A stretch of DNA of 64,000 bases, taken from NCBI GenBank assembly GCA_965224195.1, contig OZ245040.1, positions 1,408,001-1,472,000 on the forward strand, written 5' to 3'. The notes beneath the pieces were generated by a model. It ran no database searches. It saw only the letters and a list, made by a program, of their open reading frames with translations, and was not told the origin of the DNA. The DNA is from Nitrosopumilus sp. (GTDB lineage: Archaea > Thermoproteota > Nitrososphaeria > Nitrososphaerales > Nitrosopumilaceae). The position numbers were made by a program, and so were the translations under genes. Below, one piece after another: positions 1 to 15,000 of the stretch. Positions within the stretch are counted from its first letter, which is position 1. Every line of letters starts with the position of its first letter.

Positions 1-3000
1 CTCATCAAAAGTTATTGCCAGGACTCCGGTTTCCTCATCCAGTGCGGCTGACTCGAAGGTTGGCGGGGTATTGTCAGCAGCAAGTGGTGGCGGTGGTGAT
101 ACTACCGCTACACTGTTAGTTACTGCAATTGCATTGTCATATAATGCGAGAATTTGATTGCCTGAAACATCAGATACTGCCGCTTCTAGGATGTCCAGTT
201 CTGGAATAGTCAATGCAATTACTGACTGTAATTGAGGTGCAGTTATCTTGATCTCTATTGAAGTGCTGTTGCCGACAGTTTCAATGCTGGCACCGCTCAG
301 TGCCGTGCCGGTACCATTAACACTTCCCGACTCACTGATGAGCAGTTTGGACAGGTCAACTGGAGTGGTTAATGCATACTCGTAGATTTTATCATGTTGA
401 TCACCTGCAACAAACATCTTTGTTCCAGCAGGGTTGAATGCCACGCCTCTTGGAGAATTGTCATCTGTGCCTACTGGGAAATGGTGTGCATAGGAGACAT
501 TGGATAAGTCAAATGGAGTAGTTAATGTGTACTCGTAGACACGATCACGTTGATCACCTACAACAAACATCTTTGTTCCAGATGGGTTAAATGCCACGCC
601 TTCTGGTTCCGTGTCCTGTGAAGATACGTCAAAAGTGTCTGTATAGGAGGCAGTAGATACGTTAAAGGGAGTAGATAATGTGTACTCGTAGATATTCTCA
701 CCAGTATAACCTGCAACAAACATCTTTGTTCCAGCAGGGTTGAATGCTACACCCCTTGGAGAGTTGTCCTCTGAACCTACTGAGAAAGATCTATTTGTAT
801 AGGAGGAGGAGGATACGTCAAAGGGAGTAGTTAATGTATACTCGTAGATATCCTCATATTCACCACCTATAACAAACATCTTTGTTCCATCTGGGTTAAA
901 TGCTACACCTTCTGGAGAGTTGTCCTGTAGACCTACTGGGAAAGATCTATTTGCATAGGAGGAGGAGGATAAGTCAAAGGGAGTAGTTAATGTATACTCG
1001 TAGATTTTTTCACTTTGATAACCTACAACAAACATCTTTGTTCCGTCTGGGTTAAATGCCACGCCGTTTGGAGTGTCGTCCTGTGAACCTACGTTAAAAG
1101 TGTCTGTATGAGAGGCAGTAGACAGATCAAAGCCCTCGTTTGCTATTATCTCATCAAAAGTTACTGCCAAAACTCCTGTCTCCTCATCCAGTGCGGCTGA
1201 CAATAATGTTGGCGGGGTATTATCAGCAGCAAGTGGTGGCGGTGTGCCTGCCCCACCATCTACTACTACTGCAGGTATATTAAAGGAGGCAGATACAGGA
1301 GATGATTCCACAAAAAAGCCTATTCCAAAGATCATTGTACGTACATGTACATCGTATGACTCACCCGATGTCAGGCCTGTTACCGTATATGAGGTGTCAG
1401 TTACAGTGCCGCCAAATTCATCCGCACCGTCAGAACTAATGACAGTCACTTGATAATTCACATCACCAATAGTATAATACTCATTGGCATCCACTGTAGG
1501 TGCAGTCCAAGTGATTTCAGCGACTGTGCCGTTTATGACATTGACTAAAAGGTTAGTTGGCGCATCAGGTAACGGAGCTAGCGGCATATCAAAGGATACA
1601 GCTGCGGTAGGTTGGGAGGATATAGTGGTTGAATCTGACAACAAGGCTTTTGCCTCTACTGTTACCTGATAAGATTTACCCGATATCAGGTTCGTCGTAT
1701 GCTCGGTAGTGCCAGCAGGTACGGTATATGGTACGGTGGTGCCAGCAGCAACATCAGTGACATTCACGAGATAGGATACGGAATTAATGTCATAGAATGA
1801 ATTGGCAGGTATTGCAGGTGCAGTCCAAGTGATGGTAGCGGCTGTGGCAAATACAGACACTGAAAGGCCAGTTGGAACAGCAAGTGACGGAGGTGTCGGC
1901 ATATCAAAGGATACAGCTGTGGTAGATGATTCCAAATCATCGCCTGAATCCAGCAAGACTATTGCCTCTACAGATGCATTATAGGACTTGCCCGGTATCA
2001 GGTTTGTTGCCGTATGCGTGGTAGTGCCAGCAGGTACGGTATACTGTAAGGTGCTATCAGTAACAGTATCAGTGACATACACGATATAGGATACGGAATT
2101 AATATCATAGAATGGATTGGCAGGTATTGCAGGTGCAGTCCAGGTGATTTCAGCGGCTGTGCCGTTTATGACATTGACTAAAAGGTTAGTTGGCGCATCA
2201 AGTGATGGCGGCTGTACACTGTTAGTTACTGCAATGGCCTTGTCATATGATGCGAGAATCTCATTACCTAAAACATCAGATACTGCAGCAGATAATATGT
2301 CCAATTCTGGGATAGTTAATGCAATGACTGCCAGTCTTTGGAATGCAGTCAGCTCAATCTCTATTGAAGTACTGTTGCCGACAGTTTCAATGCTGGCACC
2401 AGTCAGTGCCGTGCCGGTACCATTAACACTTCCCGACTCACTGATGAACAGTTTGGACAGGTCAACTGGAGTGGTTAATGCGTATTCGTAGATTTTATCA
2501 TGTTGATTACCTGCAACAAACATCTTTGTTCCAGCAGGATTAAATGTTACACCTGTTGGTTCCGTGTCCTGTAAAGATATTTCGAAATAGCGGTCTGTAT
2601 ATGCGGCAGTAGATAAGTCAAAGGCAGTAGATAATGCATACTCGTAGATTTTCTTATTGTTATAGCCTGCAACAAACATCTTTGTTCCAGCAGGGTTGAA
2701 TGTTACATCTTGTGGAGACGTGTCCTCTGAAGTTACTTCGAAATAGCGGTCTGTATAGGCGGCAGTAGATAAGTCAAAGGCAGTAGATAATGCATACTCG
2801 TAGATTTTATCATGTTGATCACCTGCAACAAACATCTTTGTTCCAGCAGGGTTGAATGTTACATCTTGTGGAGACGTGTCCTGTAAAGTTACTTCGAAAT
2901 AGCGGTCTGTATAGGCGGCAGTAGATAAGTCAAAGGCAGTAGATAATGCATACTCGTAGATTTCCTCATTATCATGACCTGCAACAAACATCTTTGTTCC

Positions 3001-6000
3001 AGCAGGGTTGAATGTTACACCTGTTGGTTCCGTGTCCTCTGAAGTTACTTCGAAATAGCGGTCTGTATAGGCGGCAGTGGATACGTCAAAGGGAGAAGAT
3101 AATACATACTCGTAGATTTTCTCACTATCAAAACCTACAACAAACATCTTTGTTCCATTTGTGTTAAATGCCATACCTGTTGGAGACGAGTCCTGTAAAG
3201 ATACGTCTACAGAGCGGTCTGTATAGTCAGCAGTAGACAAGTCAAAGCCCTCGTTTGCAATTATCTCATCAAAAGTTACTGCCAAGACTCCGGTTTCCTC
3301 ATCTAGTGCGGCTGATTCGAAGGTTGGCGGGGTATTGTCAGCAGATGGTTGTGATGATGGCACTGGTGACACAGCAGGCACAGCAAAGGATACAGCTGCA
3401 GTATGTGGGGAGTTCAGAACGGTTGAATCTGACAACAAGGCTTTTGCCTCTACTGTTACCTCATAAGATTTGCCCGGTATCAGGTTTGTTGCCGTATGCG
3501 TGGTGATGGTGCCGTCAGATATGGTATACGGTACGGTGGTGCCAGCAGCAGTATCAGTGACATTCACGAGATAGGATACGGAATTAATGTCATAGAATGG
3601 ATTGGCAGTTACAGCAGGTGCAGTCCAGGTGATTTCAGCGGCTGTGCCGTTTATGACATTGACTAAAAGGTTAGTTGGCGCATCAAGTGATGGCGGCTGT
3701 ACACTGTTAGTTACTGCAATGGCATTGTTTAGTGCTGCAACTATTTGATTGCCTGAAACATCAAATACTGCCGCTTCTAGGATGTCCAGTTCTGGGACAG
3801 TCAATGCAATGACTGCCAGTCTTTGGGATTCGGTCAGCTTGATCTCTATGGAGGTGCTGTTGCCGACAGTTTCAATGCTGGCACCAGTCAGTACCGTGCC
3901 GGTACCATTAACACTTGCTAACTCACTGATGAATAATTTGGATAGGTCAACTGGAGTAGACAATGCATACTCGTAGACACGATCACGTTGAACACCTACA
4001 ACAAACATCTTTGTTCCAGCAGGGTTAAATGCCACGCCTTCTGGAGAGTCGTCCTCTGAAGATACTGAGAAAAGGCGTACAAAGGAGGCAGTGGATAAGT
4101 TAAAGGGAGTAGTTAATGCGTACTCAATGACATTATCCATCTCAGAACCTACAACAAACATCTTTGTTCCAGCAGAGTTAAATGTTACATCTGTTGGATG
4201 CGTGTCCTGTAAAGATACGTCTACAGAGCGGTCTGTATAGGAGGCAGTAGACAAGTCAAAGGCAGTAGTTAATGCGTACTCGTAGATTTTATCAGTGTCA
4301 CTACCTGCAACAAACATCAGTGTTCCATTTGTGCTAAATGCTACACCCCTTGGATACGTGTCCTCGTCAGATACTGAGAAATTGCGTTTATAGTCGGAGG
4401 AGGATACGTCAAAGGGAGTAGATAATTCGTATTCGTAGATCTTTTCATTTTGAAGACCTGCAACAAACATCTTTGTTCCGTCTGGGTTAAATGCCACACC
4501 TTCTGGAGAGTCGTCCTGTGTACCTACTAAGAAATCGCGTACAAAGGTGGGATTGGATACGTCAAAGGGAGTAGATAATTCGTATTCGTAGATTTTCTCA
4601 TTTTGATAACCTACAACAAACATCTTTGTTCCATTTGTGTTAAATGCCATACCTGTTGGAGTCGTGTCCTTGTTAGATACTGAGAAAGAGTTGTCTGTAT
4701 AGACGGCAGTAGACAAGTCAAAGCCCTCGTTTGCAATTATCTCATCAAAAGTTACTGCCAAGACTCCGGTTTCCTCATCCAGTGTGGCTGAATCAAATGT
4801 TGGCGAGGTATTGTCAGCAGCAAGTGGTGGCGGTGTGCCTGCCCCACCATCTACTACTACTGCTGCTGCAGGCATATTAAAGGGGGCAGATACCACAGCT
4901 GATTGCACAGTATAGCTTGATCCAACGGCGGCATCTGCAGATACAAATACGTTGTATGACTCACCCGGTGTCAGGCCTGTTGCCGTATATGAGGTGTCAG
5001 TTATAGAACCACTTGATGCAATACCAGAATCGCCAGCATCAAAGACATTCACTTGATAAGTCACATCATTAATGGTATAGAAGTCATTGGCATTCACTGT
5101 AGGTGCAGTCCAAGTGATTTCAGCGGCTGTGCCGTTTATGACATTGACTAAAAGGTTGGTTGGCGCATCAAGTGATGGTGGTTCAGACACAGCAAAGGAT
5201 ACAGCTGCGGTAGGTTGGGAGGACAAAACTGTTGAATCTGACAACAAGGCTTTTGCCTCTACTGTTACCTCATAAGATTTGCCAGGTGTCAAGCCTGTTG
5301 CCGCATACGTGGTGATGGTGCCGTCAGATATGGTATACGGTACGGTGGTGCCAGCAGCAACATCAGTGACATTCACGAGATAGGATACGGAATTAATGTC
5401 ATAGAATGAATTGGCAGATATTGCAGGTGCAGTCCAAGTGATGGTAGCTGTGGTGCCAGATACATCCACTGAAAGGTTAGTTGGAGCAGCAAGTGGTGGT
5501 GGTGCTACACTGTTAATTACTGTAATGGCATTGTCTGCTGATGCGAGAATTTGATTGCCTGAAACATCAGATACTGCTGCTGCCAAGATGTCCAGTTCTG
5601 GAGTAGCCAATGCAATTACTGACTGTAATTGAGGTGCAGTCATCTTGATCTCTATTGAAGTGCTGTTGTCGACAGTTTCAATGCTGGCACCAGTCAGTGA
5701 AATATCATTAGTACTTGCTGACTCACTGATGAACAATTTTGATAGGTCAACTGGAGTAGTTAATGTGTACTCGTAGATTTTATCATGTTGATCACCTACA
5801 ACAAACATCTTTGTTCCAGTAGGGTTGAATGTTACATCTTTTGGAAAGTCGTCCTGTGTACCTACTGAGAAATGGCGTGTATAGGAGACATTGGACAAGT
5901 CAAAGGGAGTAGTTAATGTGTACTCGTCGACACGATTATGTTGATCACCTGCAACAAACATCTTTGTTCCAGCAGGGTTGAATGCCACACCATATGAAGA

Positions 6001-9000
6001 TGTGTCCTGTGTACCTACTGAGAAAAGGCCTGTATGGGAGACATTGGATAGGTTAAATGGAGTAGTTAATGTGTACTCGTAGATTTTTTCAGTATCAAAA
6101 CCTGTAACAAACATCTTTGTTCCAGCAGGGTTGAATGCCACGCCTGTTGGAGAATCGTCCTGTGAACCTACTGAGAAAGATCTATTTGTATAGGAGGAGG
6201 AGGATAAGTCAAATGGAGTAGTTAATTCGTATTCGTAGATCTTTTCATTTTGAAGACCTGCAACAAACATCTTTGTTCCATCTGGGTTAAATGCTACACC
6301 TGTTGGCAATCCGTCCTGTGAAGATACGTCGAAAGATCTATTTGTATAGGAGGAGGAGGATACGTCAAATGGAGTAGTTAATCTATACTCGTAGATACTA
6401 TCATGTTGATTACCTACAACAAACATCAGTGTTCCATTTGTACTAAATGCCACGCCTTGTGGAGAGTTGTCCTGTGAAGATACTAAGAAAGATCTGCCTG
6501 TATAGTCAGCAGTAGACAAGTCAAAGCCCTCGTTTGCTATTGTCTCATCAAAAGTTACTGCCAAGACTCCGGTTTCCTCATCCAGTGTTGCTGAATCAAA
6601 TGTTGGCGGGGTATTATCAGCAGCAAGGGGTAGCGGTGTGCCTGCACCACCATCTACTGCTACTGCAAGCATATTAAAGGAAGCAGATACAGGAGATGAT
6701 TCCACAAAATAGCCTGGTCCAAAGATCGTTACATATACATGTACATTGTATGACTCACCCGGTGTCAGGCCTGTTGCCGTATATGAGGTGTCATCTGCAG
6801 TGTCGCCGAGTTCAGAACCGTCAGAACTAATGACAGTCACTTGATAAACCATATCATCAGCGGTATAGAAGTCATTGGCATCCACTGTAGGTGCAGTCCA
6901 GGTAATTTCAGCGGCTGTGCCGTTTATGACATTGACTAAAAGGTTAGTTGGCGCAGCAAGTGATGGAGGTAGCGGCATATCAAAGGATACAGCTGCGGTA
7001 GGTTGGGAGAATATAGCGGTTAAATCTGACAACAAGGCTTTTGCTTCTACTGTTACCTCATAAGATTTGCCCACTATCAGGTACGTCGTATGCTCGGTAG
7101 TGCCAGCAGGTACGGTATGCTGTACGGTGGTGCCAGCAGCAACATCAGTGACATTCACGAGATAGGATACGGAATTAATGTCATAGAATGAATTGGCAGG
7201 TATTGCAGGTGCAGTCCAAGTGATGGTAGCGGCTGTGGCAAATACAGACACTGAAAGGCCAGTTGGAACAGCAAGTGACGGAGGTGTCGGCATATCAAAG
7301 GATACAGCTGTGGTAGATGATTCCAAATCATCGCCTGAATCCAGCAAGACTATTGCCTCTACAGATGCATTATAGGACTTGCCCGGTATCAGGTTTGTTG
7401 CCGTATGCGTGGTAGTGCCAGCAGGTACGGTATACTGTAAGGTGCTATCAGTAACAGTATCAGTGACATACACGATATAGGATACGGAATTAATATCATA
7501 GAATGGATTGGCAGGTATTGCAGGTGCAGTCCAAGTGATTTCAGCGGCTGTGCCGTTTATGACATTGACTAAAAGGTTAGTTGGCGCAGCAAGTGATGGC
7601 GGCTGTACACTGTTAGTTACTGCAATGGCATTGTCTAGTGCCGCAGCTATTTGATTGCCTGAAACATCAAATACTGCCGCTTCTAGGATGTCCAGTTCTG
7701 GAGTAGTCAATGCAATGACTGACTGTAATTGAGGTGCAGTAAGCTTGATCTCTATGGAGGTGCTGTTGCCGACAGTTTCAATGCTGGCACCGCTCAGTGC
7801 CGTGCCGGTACCATTAACACTTCCCGACTCACTGATGAGCAGTTTGGATAGGTCAACTGGAGTGGTTAATGCATACTCGTAGATATTAGCACTTTTATAA
7901 CCTACGACAAACATCTTTGTTCCAGCAGGATTAAATGCTACATCTGCCGGAGTTGTATCCTGTGAAGCTACTGAGAGAGTGCCTGTATGGGAGACATTGG
8001 ATATGTCAAATGGAGTAGTTAATGTGTACTCGTCGACCTTATCACTTTTATAACCTACAACAAACATCTTTGTTCCAGCCGGGTTAAATGCCACACCTGA
8101 CGGAGTACCCTCCCGTGCAGCTACTGAGAAAGTGCCTGTATGGGAGGCAGTAGATACGTTAAAGGCAGTAGATAATGTGTACTCGTAGACATTACCATTA
8201 CCAATACCTACAACAAACATCTTTGTTCCAGCCGGGTTGAATGCCACACCTTCTGGAGACGAGTCCTGTAAAGATACTGAGACATTGCGTGTATAGGAGG
8301 CAGTAGATACGTTAAAGGCAGTAGATAATGTGTACTCGTAGACATTACCATTACCAGTACCTACAACAAACATCTTTGTTCCAGCCGGGTTGAATGTCAC
8401 GCCTTCTGGAATGTCTTCCTCTGAAGATACTGAGAAATCGCGTTTATAGTTGGAGGAGGATACGTCAAATGGAGTAGTTAATTCGTACTCGTAGATCTTT
8501 GCATTTTCATAACCTACAACAAACATCTTTGTTCCAGATGGGTTAAATGCCATACCTGTTGGAGTCGTGTCCTTGTTAGATACTGAGAAAGAGTTGTCTG
8601 TATAGACGGCAGTAGACAAGTCAAAGCCCTCGTTTGCTATTATCTCATCAAAAGTTATTGCCAAAACTCCTGTCTCCTCATCCAGTGCGGCTGACTCGAA
8701 GGTTGGCGGGGTATTGTCAGCAGCAAGTGGTAGCGGTGTGCCTGCACCGCCATCTACTACTGCTGCTGCAGGCATATTAAAGGGGGCAGATACCCCAGCT
8801 GATTGCACAGTATAGCCTGATCCAACGGCAGCACCTGCAACTACAAATACGTTGTATGACTCACCCGGTGTCAGGTTTGTTGCCGTATATGAGGTGTCAG
8901 TTATAGAACCACTTGATGCAGCACCAGAATCGCCAGCATCAAAGACATTCACTTGATAAGTCACATCATTAATGGTATAGAAGTCATTGGCATCCACTGT

Positions 9001-12000
9001 AGGTGCAGTCCAAGTGATTTCAGCGGCTGTGCCGTTTATGACATTGACTAAAAGGTTAGTTGGCGCATCAAGTGATGGTGGTTCAGACACAGCAAAGGAT
9101 ACAACTGCGGTAGGTTGGGAGGACAGAACGGTTGAATCTGACAACGAGGCTTTTGCCTCTACGGTTACCTCATAAGATTTGCCCGGTATCAGGTTTGTTG
9201 CCGTATGTGTGGTGATGGTGCCGTCAGATATGGTATACGGTACGGTGGTGCCAGCAGCAGTATCAGTGACATTCACGAGATAGGATACGGAATTAATGTC
9301 ATAGAATGAATTGGCAGATATTGCAGGTGCAGTCCAAGTGATGGTAGCTGTGGTGCCAGATACTGCCACTGAAAGGTTAGTTGGCGCATCAAGTGACGGA
9401 GGTGTCGGCATATCAAAGGATACAGCTGTGGTAGATGATTCCAAATCATCGCCTGAATCCAGCAAGACTATTGCCTTTACAGATGCATTATAGGACTTGC
9501 CCGGTATCAGGTTTGTTGCCGTATGCGTGGTAGTGCCAGCAGGTACGGTATACTGTAAGGTGCTATCAGTAACAGTATCAGTGACATTCACGAGATAGGA
9601 TACGTCACTAATGTTATAGAATGAATTGGCAGGTATTGCAGGTGCAGTCCAAGTGATTTCAGCGGCTGTGCCGTTTATGACATTGACTAAAAGGTTAGTT
9701 GGCGCAGCAAGTGATGGCGGCTGTACACTGTTAGTTACTGCAATGGCATTGTCATATGATGCGAGAATCTCATTACCTAAAACATCAGATACTGCTGCTG
9801 CCAAGATGTCCAGTTCTGGAGTAGTCAATGCAAGGGCTGACTGTAATTGAAGTGCAGTAAGCTTGATCTCTATGGAGGTGCTGTTGCCGACAGTTTCAAT
9901 GCTGGCACCAGTCAGTGCCGTGCCGGTACCATTAACACTTCCCGACTCACTGATGAGCAGTTTGGACAGGTCAACTGGAGTGGCTAATGTATACTCGTAG
10001 ACATTATTACTGTCAGCACCTACAACAAACATCTTTGTTCCAGCAGGGTTGAATGCCACGCCTGTTGGAAAATTGTCATCTGTACCTACTGAGAAATGGT
10101 GTGCATAGGAGACATTGGATAAGTCAAAGGGAGTAGTTAATGTGTACTCGTAGACACGATCACGTTGATCACCTACAACAAACATCTTTGTTCCGTCTGG
10201 GTTAAATGCCACGCCTTCTGGTTCCGTGTCCTGTGAAGATACGTCAAAAGTGTCTGTATAGGAGGCAGTAGATACGTTAAAGGCAGTAGATAATGTGTAC
10301 TCGATGATCGTCTCACTGGCATAACCTGCAACAAACATCTTTGTTCCAGCAGGGTTGAATGCTACATCCCTTGGAGTGTTGTCCTCTGAACCTACTGGGA
10401 AAGATCTATTTGTATAGGAGGAGGAGGATACGTCAAAGGGAGTAGTTAATTCGTACTCGTGGATCTCCTCATATTCACCACCTATAACAAACATCTTTGT
10501 TCCATCTGGGTTAAATGCTACACCCTTTGGAGAGTTGTCCTGTGAACCTACTGGGAAAGATCTATTTGCATAGGAGGAGGAGGATAAGTCAAAGGGAGTA
10601 GTTAATGCATATTCGTAGATTTTTTCAGTATCATAACCTACAACAAACATCTTTGTTCCGTCTGGGTTAAATGCCACGCCTTCTGGAGTGCCGTCCTGTG
10701 AACGTACTGAGAATTTGCGTTTATAGTCAGCAGTAGACAAGTCAAAGTCCTCGTTTGCTATTGTCTCATCAAAAGTTACTGCCAAAACTCCTGTCTTCTC
10801 ATCTAGTGCGGCTGACTCAAATTTTGGCGGGGTGCTGTCAGGTGTAACTGCAGTAGGACTGCCCGGTGATGGCGGCTGTACAGCATTGGTGGTAGTCACG
10901 GCATTGTCTGTTGCTGCATCAATGGCATTTCCTGATATGTCCCGTACGGCGCCTACCCCAATGTCAAGCTGCGGTGTAAGAGAGTTTGCAAGTACTGTGC
11001 TTATCTGTGGCAAAGTCAGCTGAATCAGGATGTCAGTGCTGTTGCCTGCTGTTTGAACTGCCGCACCGTCAAGCGATGTCTGGTCTGTCTGTCCAGGTGC
11101 GCTGAGGAACAGCTTTGTCAGGTCAATGCCTCCAGATTGTCTGTTGTCTATTCTCTCATCAAATATAATTGTCAGCATGCCAGTACCTGCATCAAATGCG
11201 GCTGACTCAAAAACAGGCTTTACAGTATCAGCAGTGACATTCACAGTATTGTCATCTGATGCGTCAATGGCATTTCCAAACAGGTCAGTTACTGCAGAGT
11301 CTGCAATGTCAAGCTGCGGTTCAGTAGAGTTGCCAATTACGTTGGTCCTCTGCCTCTCAGTTAGGGTAATTGCAATCTCAGCGCTGTGGCCAGTTGTGTC
11401 AATGCTTGCACCGGCAAGCGGTGTCTGGTTTACTGTGTTAGGTGCGCTAAGGAACAGCTTTGCCAGATTAATGTCTCCAGATAGACTGTTGTATATTGGT
11501 TCATCAAATTCGATTGTCAGTTTGCCAGTACCTGCATTAAATGCTACAAAATACAAATTAGGCCCTAGGTCATCTATAATGACAATGTTACTGTTCATGC
11601 CCAAAGAGCCAAAGGTCTTCGGAGGATTTACGCTCAGTACAATTCCTTTTGGAGGCAGCGTCTGGTCGGCATTGGCGTGCGGGAATGCGGCATCGCGGAT
11701 GATGTTGTCATTTAGCAGCAAGGCATTCGTACCAATATATTCAAGTTTAGACGAGCTGTCACCAGGCTGGATGGAATAAGTAAAATGCAGCGTGTCAGTG
11801 TTGTTGCCTGAGGCATAATCAGCTACAGCTACGCCAGAACCAAATGAAACGCTGTCTACATTCAGATAGATATACGGTGTGCCAGTAACAATTACAGGCG
11901 CAGAAAAGTGCACAGAGATGTCAATTTCGTCTAAGGTGCCATATGTGCCGTCAGCATTGTTAGAGGTGACGGCATTTACGACTATCTCCTTTTGCATATA

Positions 12001-15000
12001 CATTACATATATGGCCCCCTTGTTTGCTCCATCAGTGTCATCAAGGTCCGCACCTGCCACAATATCTGGTATGCCATCATCATCCAAGTCGCCAATCAGT
12101 GCGACTGAGGAGCCGAACTGGTCGCCATCAGATACCTCGGCATCATCAGGGCCGCCGCCGGGGGAGGCAGAGCTGTCAATCACTTTAGTCGCCTTTACTG
12201 AGCCGTCAGTGTTCATGAGCAGGACGTATACGGCGCCAGTATCAGCTTTTCCTCCGGCAGCTCCCTGTACGCCCACTGCGATATCTGGGGCACCATCACC
12301 ATTGATGTCGCCAATGCCTGCAACTGAGGAGCCAAACTGGTCATAGTCAAGTATTGTGGGGACGTTTGCAACAGTGTCGTCAATCCTTTTGGTGCTACTT
12401 ACCGTACCATCAGAGTTCATGAACAAGATAAATACGGCGCCACCGTCACTGGCTGTATCACTATCCCTGTCTGCGCCCACTGCAATGTCTGCGATGCCGT
12501 CGTTATTCAGGTCTCCAATGTTTGCCACTGATGAGCCAAAAAAGGAATAATCGGCGAGGACGGGGCCGGAGTTAGTAGAACCGTCAATCTTTATGGTGCT
12601 CTTTATCGAGCCGTCAGCATTCATGAGCATGACAAATATGGCGCCGTCGTCTACGTAATTTGTGTCAGTCTGTGGCGCGCCTGCCACGATATCTGGGATG
12701 CCATCACCGTCAAGGTCGCCAATGCCTGCAACTGATGCGCCAAAGTTGTCATCATCTGAGAGGACGGGGCCGTTTGCAGTGGAATTTTTGATTGGACTGT
12801 AGCTTTTTGCGGTACCGTCAGGGTTCATGAACAGGACGTATACGGCGCCAGTATTAGTCGTACGGTTATTGTTATCATCCTGATATGCGCCCACTGCAAT
12901 GTCTGTGGTGCCATCACCATCAAGGTCTCCAATGGATGCCACTGAATAGCCAAAGCCGTCATGGTCAGAGAGGTAGTAACTATTGATGCCAGATTCGGGG
13001 TTGCTGATCTGGGCTGTTCTCTTTATAGTGCCATCACGATTCATAAATAAAATGTGGATGGCGCCCTTGTCAGTTCCTCCATGATCATCCTTGTATGCGC
13101 CTGCTACAATATCTGGGATGCCATCACCATCAAGGTCGCCTATTCCTGCAACTGATGCGCCAAACAGGTCGCCATCAGAGAGGATGGGGCCGTCAGCAGT
13201 AGTGTCATCAATCTTTACAGTCTCCCTTGCACTGCCTGTCCCATGCGGGGCAATGGCATCAAGATAGATGATGTGTATGGCCCCTGTGTTAGATCCCCCA
13301 TCATTTGTGCCCTCATAAGGTGCGCCTACTGCAATATCTGGCATGCCATCACCATTAAGGTCGCCAATGTTTGCCACTGATGTGCCGAAATTCGAATCAC
13401 TGCCAAAGACAAGGCTGTCTGTGGTAGAATCGTCAATCTTTGCAGTACCATTTACTGTACCATCAGAGTTCAAAAGTATAATGTAGATGGCGCCGCTGTC
13501 ATTGCCTGATGCGCCAACTGCAATATCTGTGGTGCCGTCAGAGTTGATGTCTCCAATGGATGCCACTGATGCGCCAAAAAAGAAATAATCTGCAAGTGAG
13601 GGGGGGCCGTTTGTGGTGGAATCGTCAATCTTTGCGGTGCTCTTTACGGTGCCGTCAGTATTCATGAATAAGACGTATACGGTACCCTTGTTGTCATTGC
13701 CTGGTGCACCCACTGCAATGTCTGCGATGCCGTCGTTATTCAAGTCTCCAATGTTTGCCACTGATAAGCCAAAATAATTAACTAGATGGGAGGCGACAGT
13801 TGTACCAAAGTCGTCAATCTTTTGGGTGCTCTTTACTGTACCATCAGGGTTCATAAATAAAATGTGGATGGCGCCCTTGCCAGATCCTCCGCCGGAATCA
13901 TTATTTGATGCGCCCACTGCAATATCTGTGGTGCCGTCATTATTCAGGTCACCAATGCCTGCAACTGATGCGCCAAACATGTCATGGTTAGCAAGTACAA
14001 GACTGGCTGTAGTAGAGTCGTCAATCTTTACGGTGCTCTTTACTGAACCATCAGTGTCCATGAGCATGACGTATACGGCGCCCCTGTAGGATCCTTGAGT
14101 GCTGGTAATGCTTGCACCTGCTACAATATCTGGGATGCCATCACGATTCAGGTCTCCTATTCCTGCAACTGATGCGCCAAAATTATCATCACTGACGATA
14201 TCAGTAGGACCGTTGGCAGTGGAACCGTTGATCTCAGCTGTTCTCTTTATGGAGCCATCAGGGTTCATGAACAGGACGTGTACGGCGCCAGTGCTGGCTG
14301 CCACAGTGAGGCCTCCAGTCAAACCCACTGCAATGTCTGCAGTACCGTCGCCGTCCAAGTCTCCTATTCCTGCAACTGATGTGCCAAAATAGGAATCATC
14401 TAAGAGTGGGGGAAGATTTGCAGTAGAGTTGTTGATTTTTACAGGAGGGGCAGTGGAGCTCGGATAGGCATAGTTGTTTGCATATGCCACACTGTCACCA
14501 AACTCTAGCTTTAGGTGGTGCTTTCCGGGGGTGTGGACCAGCATCTCAAAGGAGCTGGCGGTGCTGTCACCTGAGTAATCTGGAAATACGACAGACGTTA
14601 TTTTGGATTCATCATCATAGACAAACTCGGGTGCAATCATCATCATCATGTTGCTGTTACTACTGATATCTGAACTATACAGTGAGACAAACTCTAGGTC
14701 ATCAGGTAGCCCCGTCCCAAAGCTGGTCCCGTTGACTGCAGATATCACCAGGTCGTGAGTTTCCTCTGTTACAAAGTCTACAGTCCAGTGTCCTCCCACA
14801 GCAGGATATGACTGCTCATTTAGCACCCTGATGCTGCTGCTGCCGTGCTGCTGCATCTCCGAAAGAAACTCTTGCACTGCTGTTTTCTCATGGCCGCTCA
14901 GAGGCCTGTTGTTGTTAAGATTATCATAGTTGGCATTATTATTATCATAGCTGGCATTATTATTATCATAGCTGGCATTATTATTATCATAGCTGGCATT

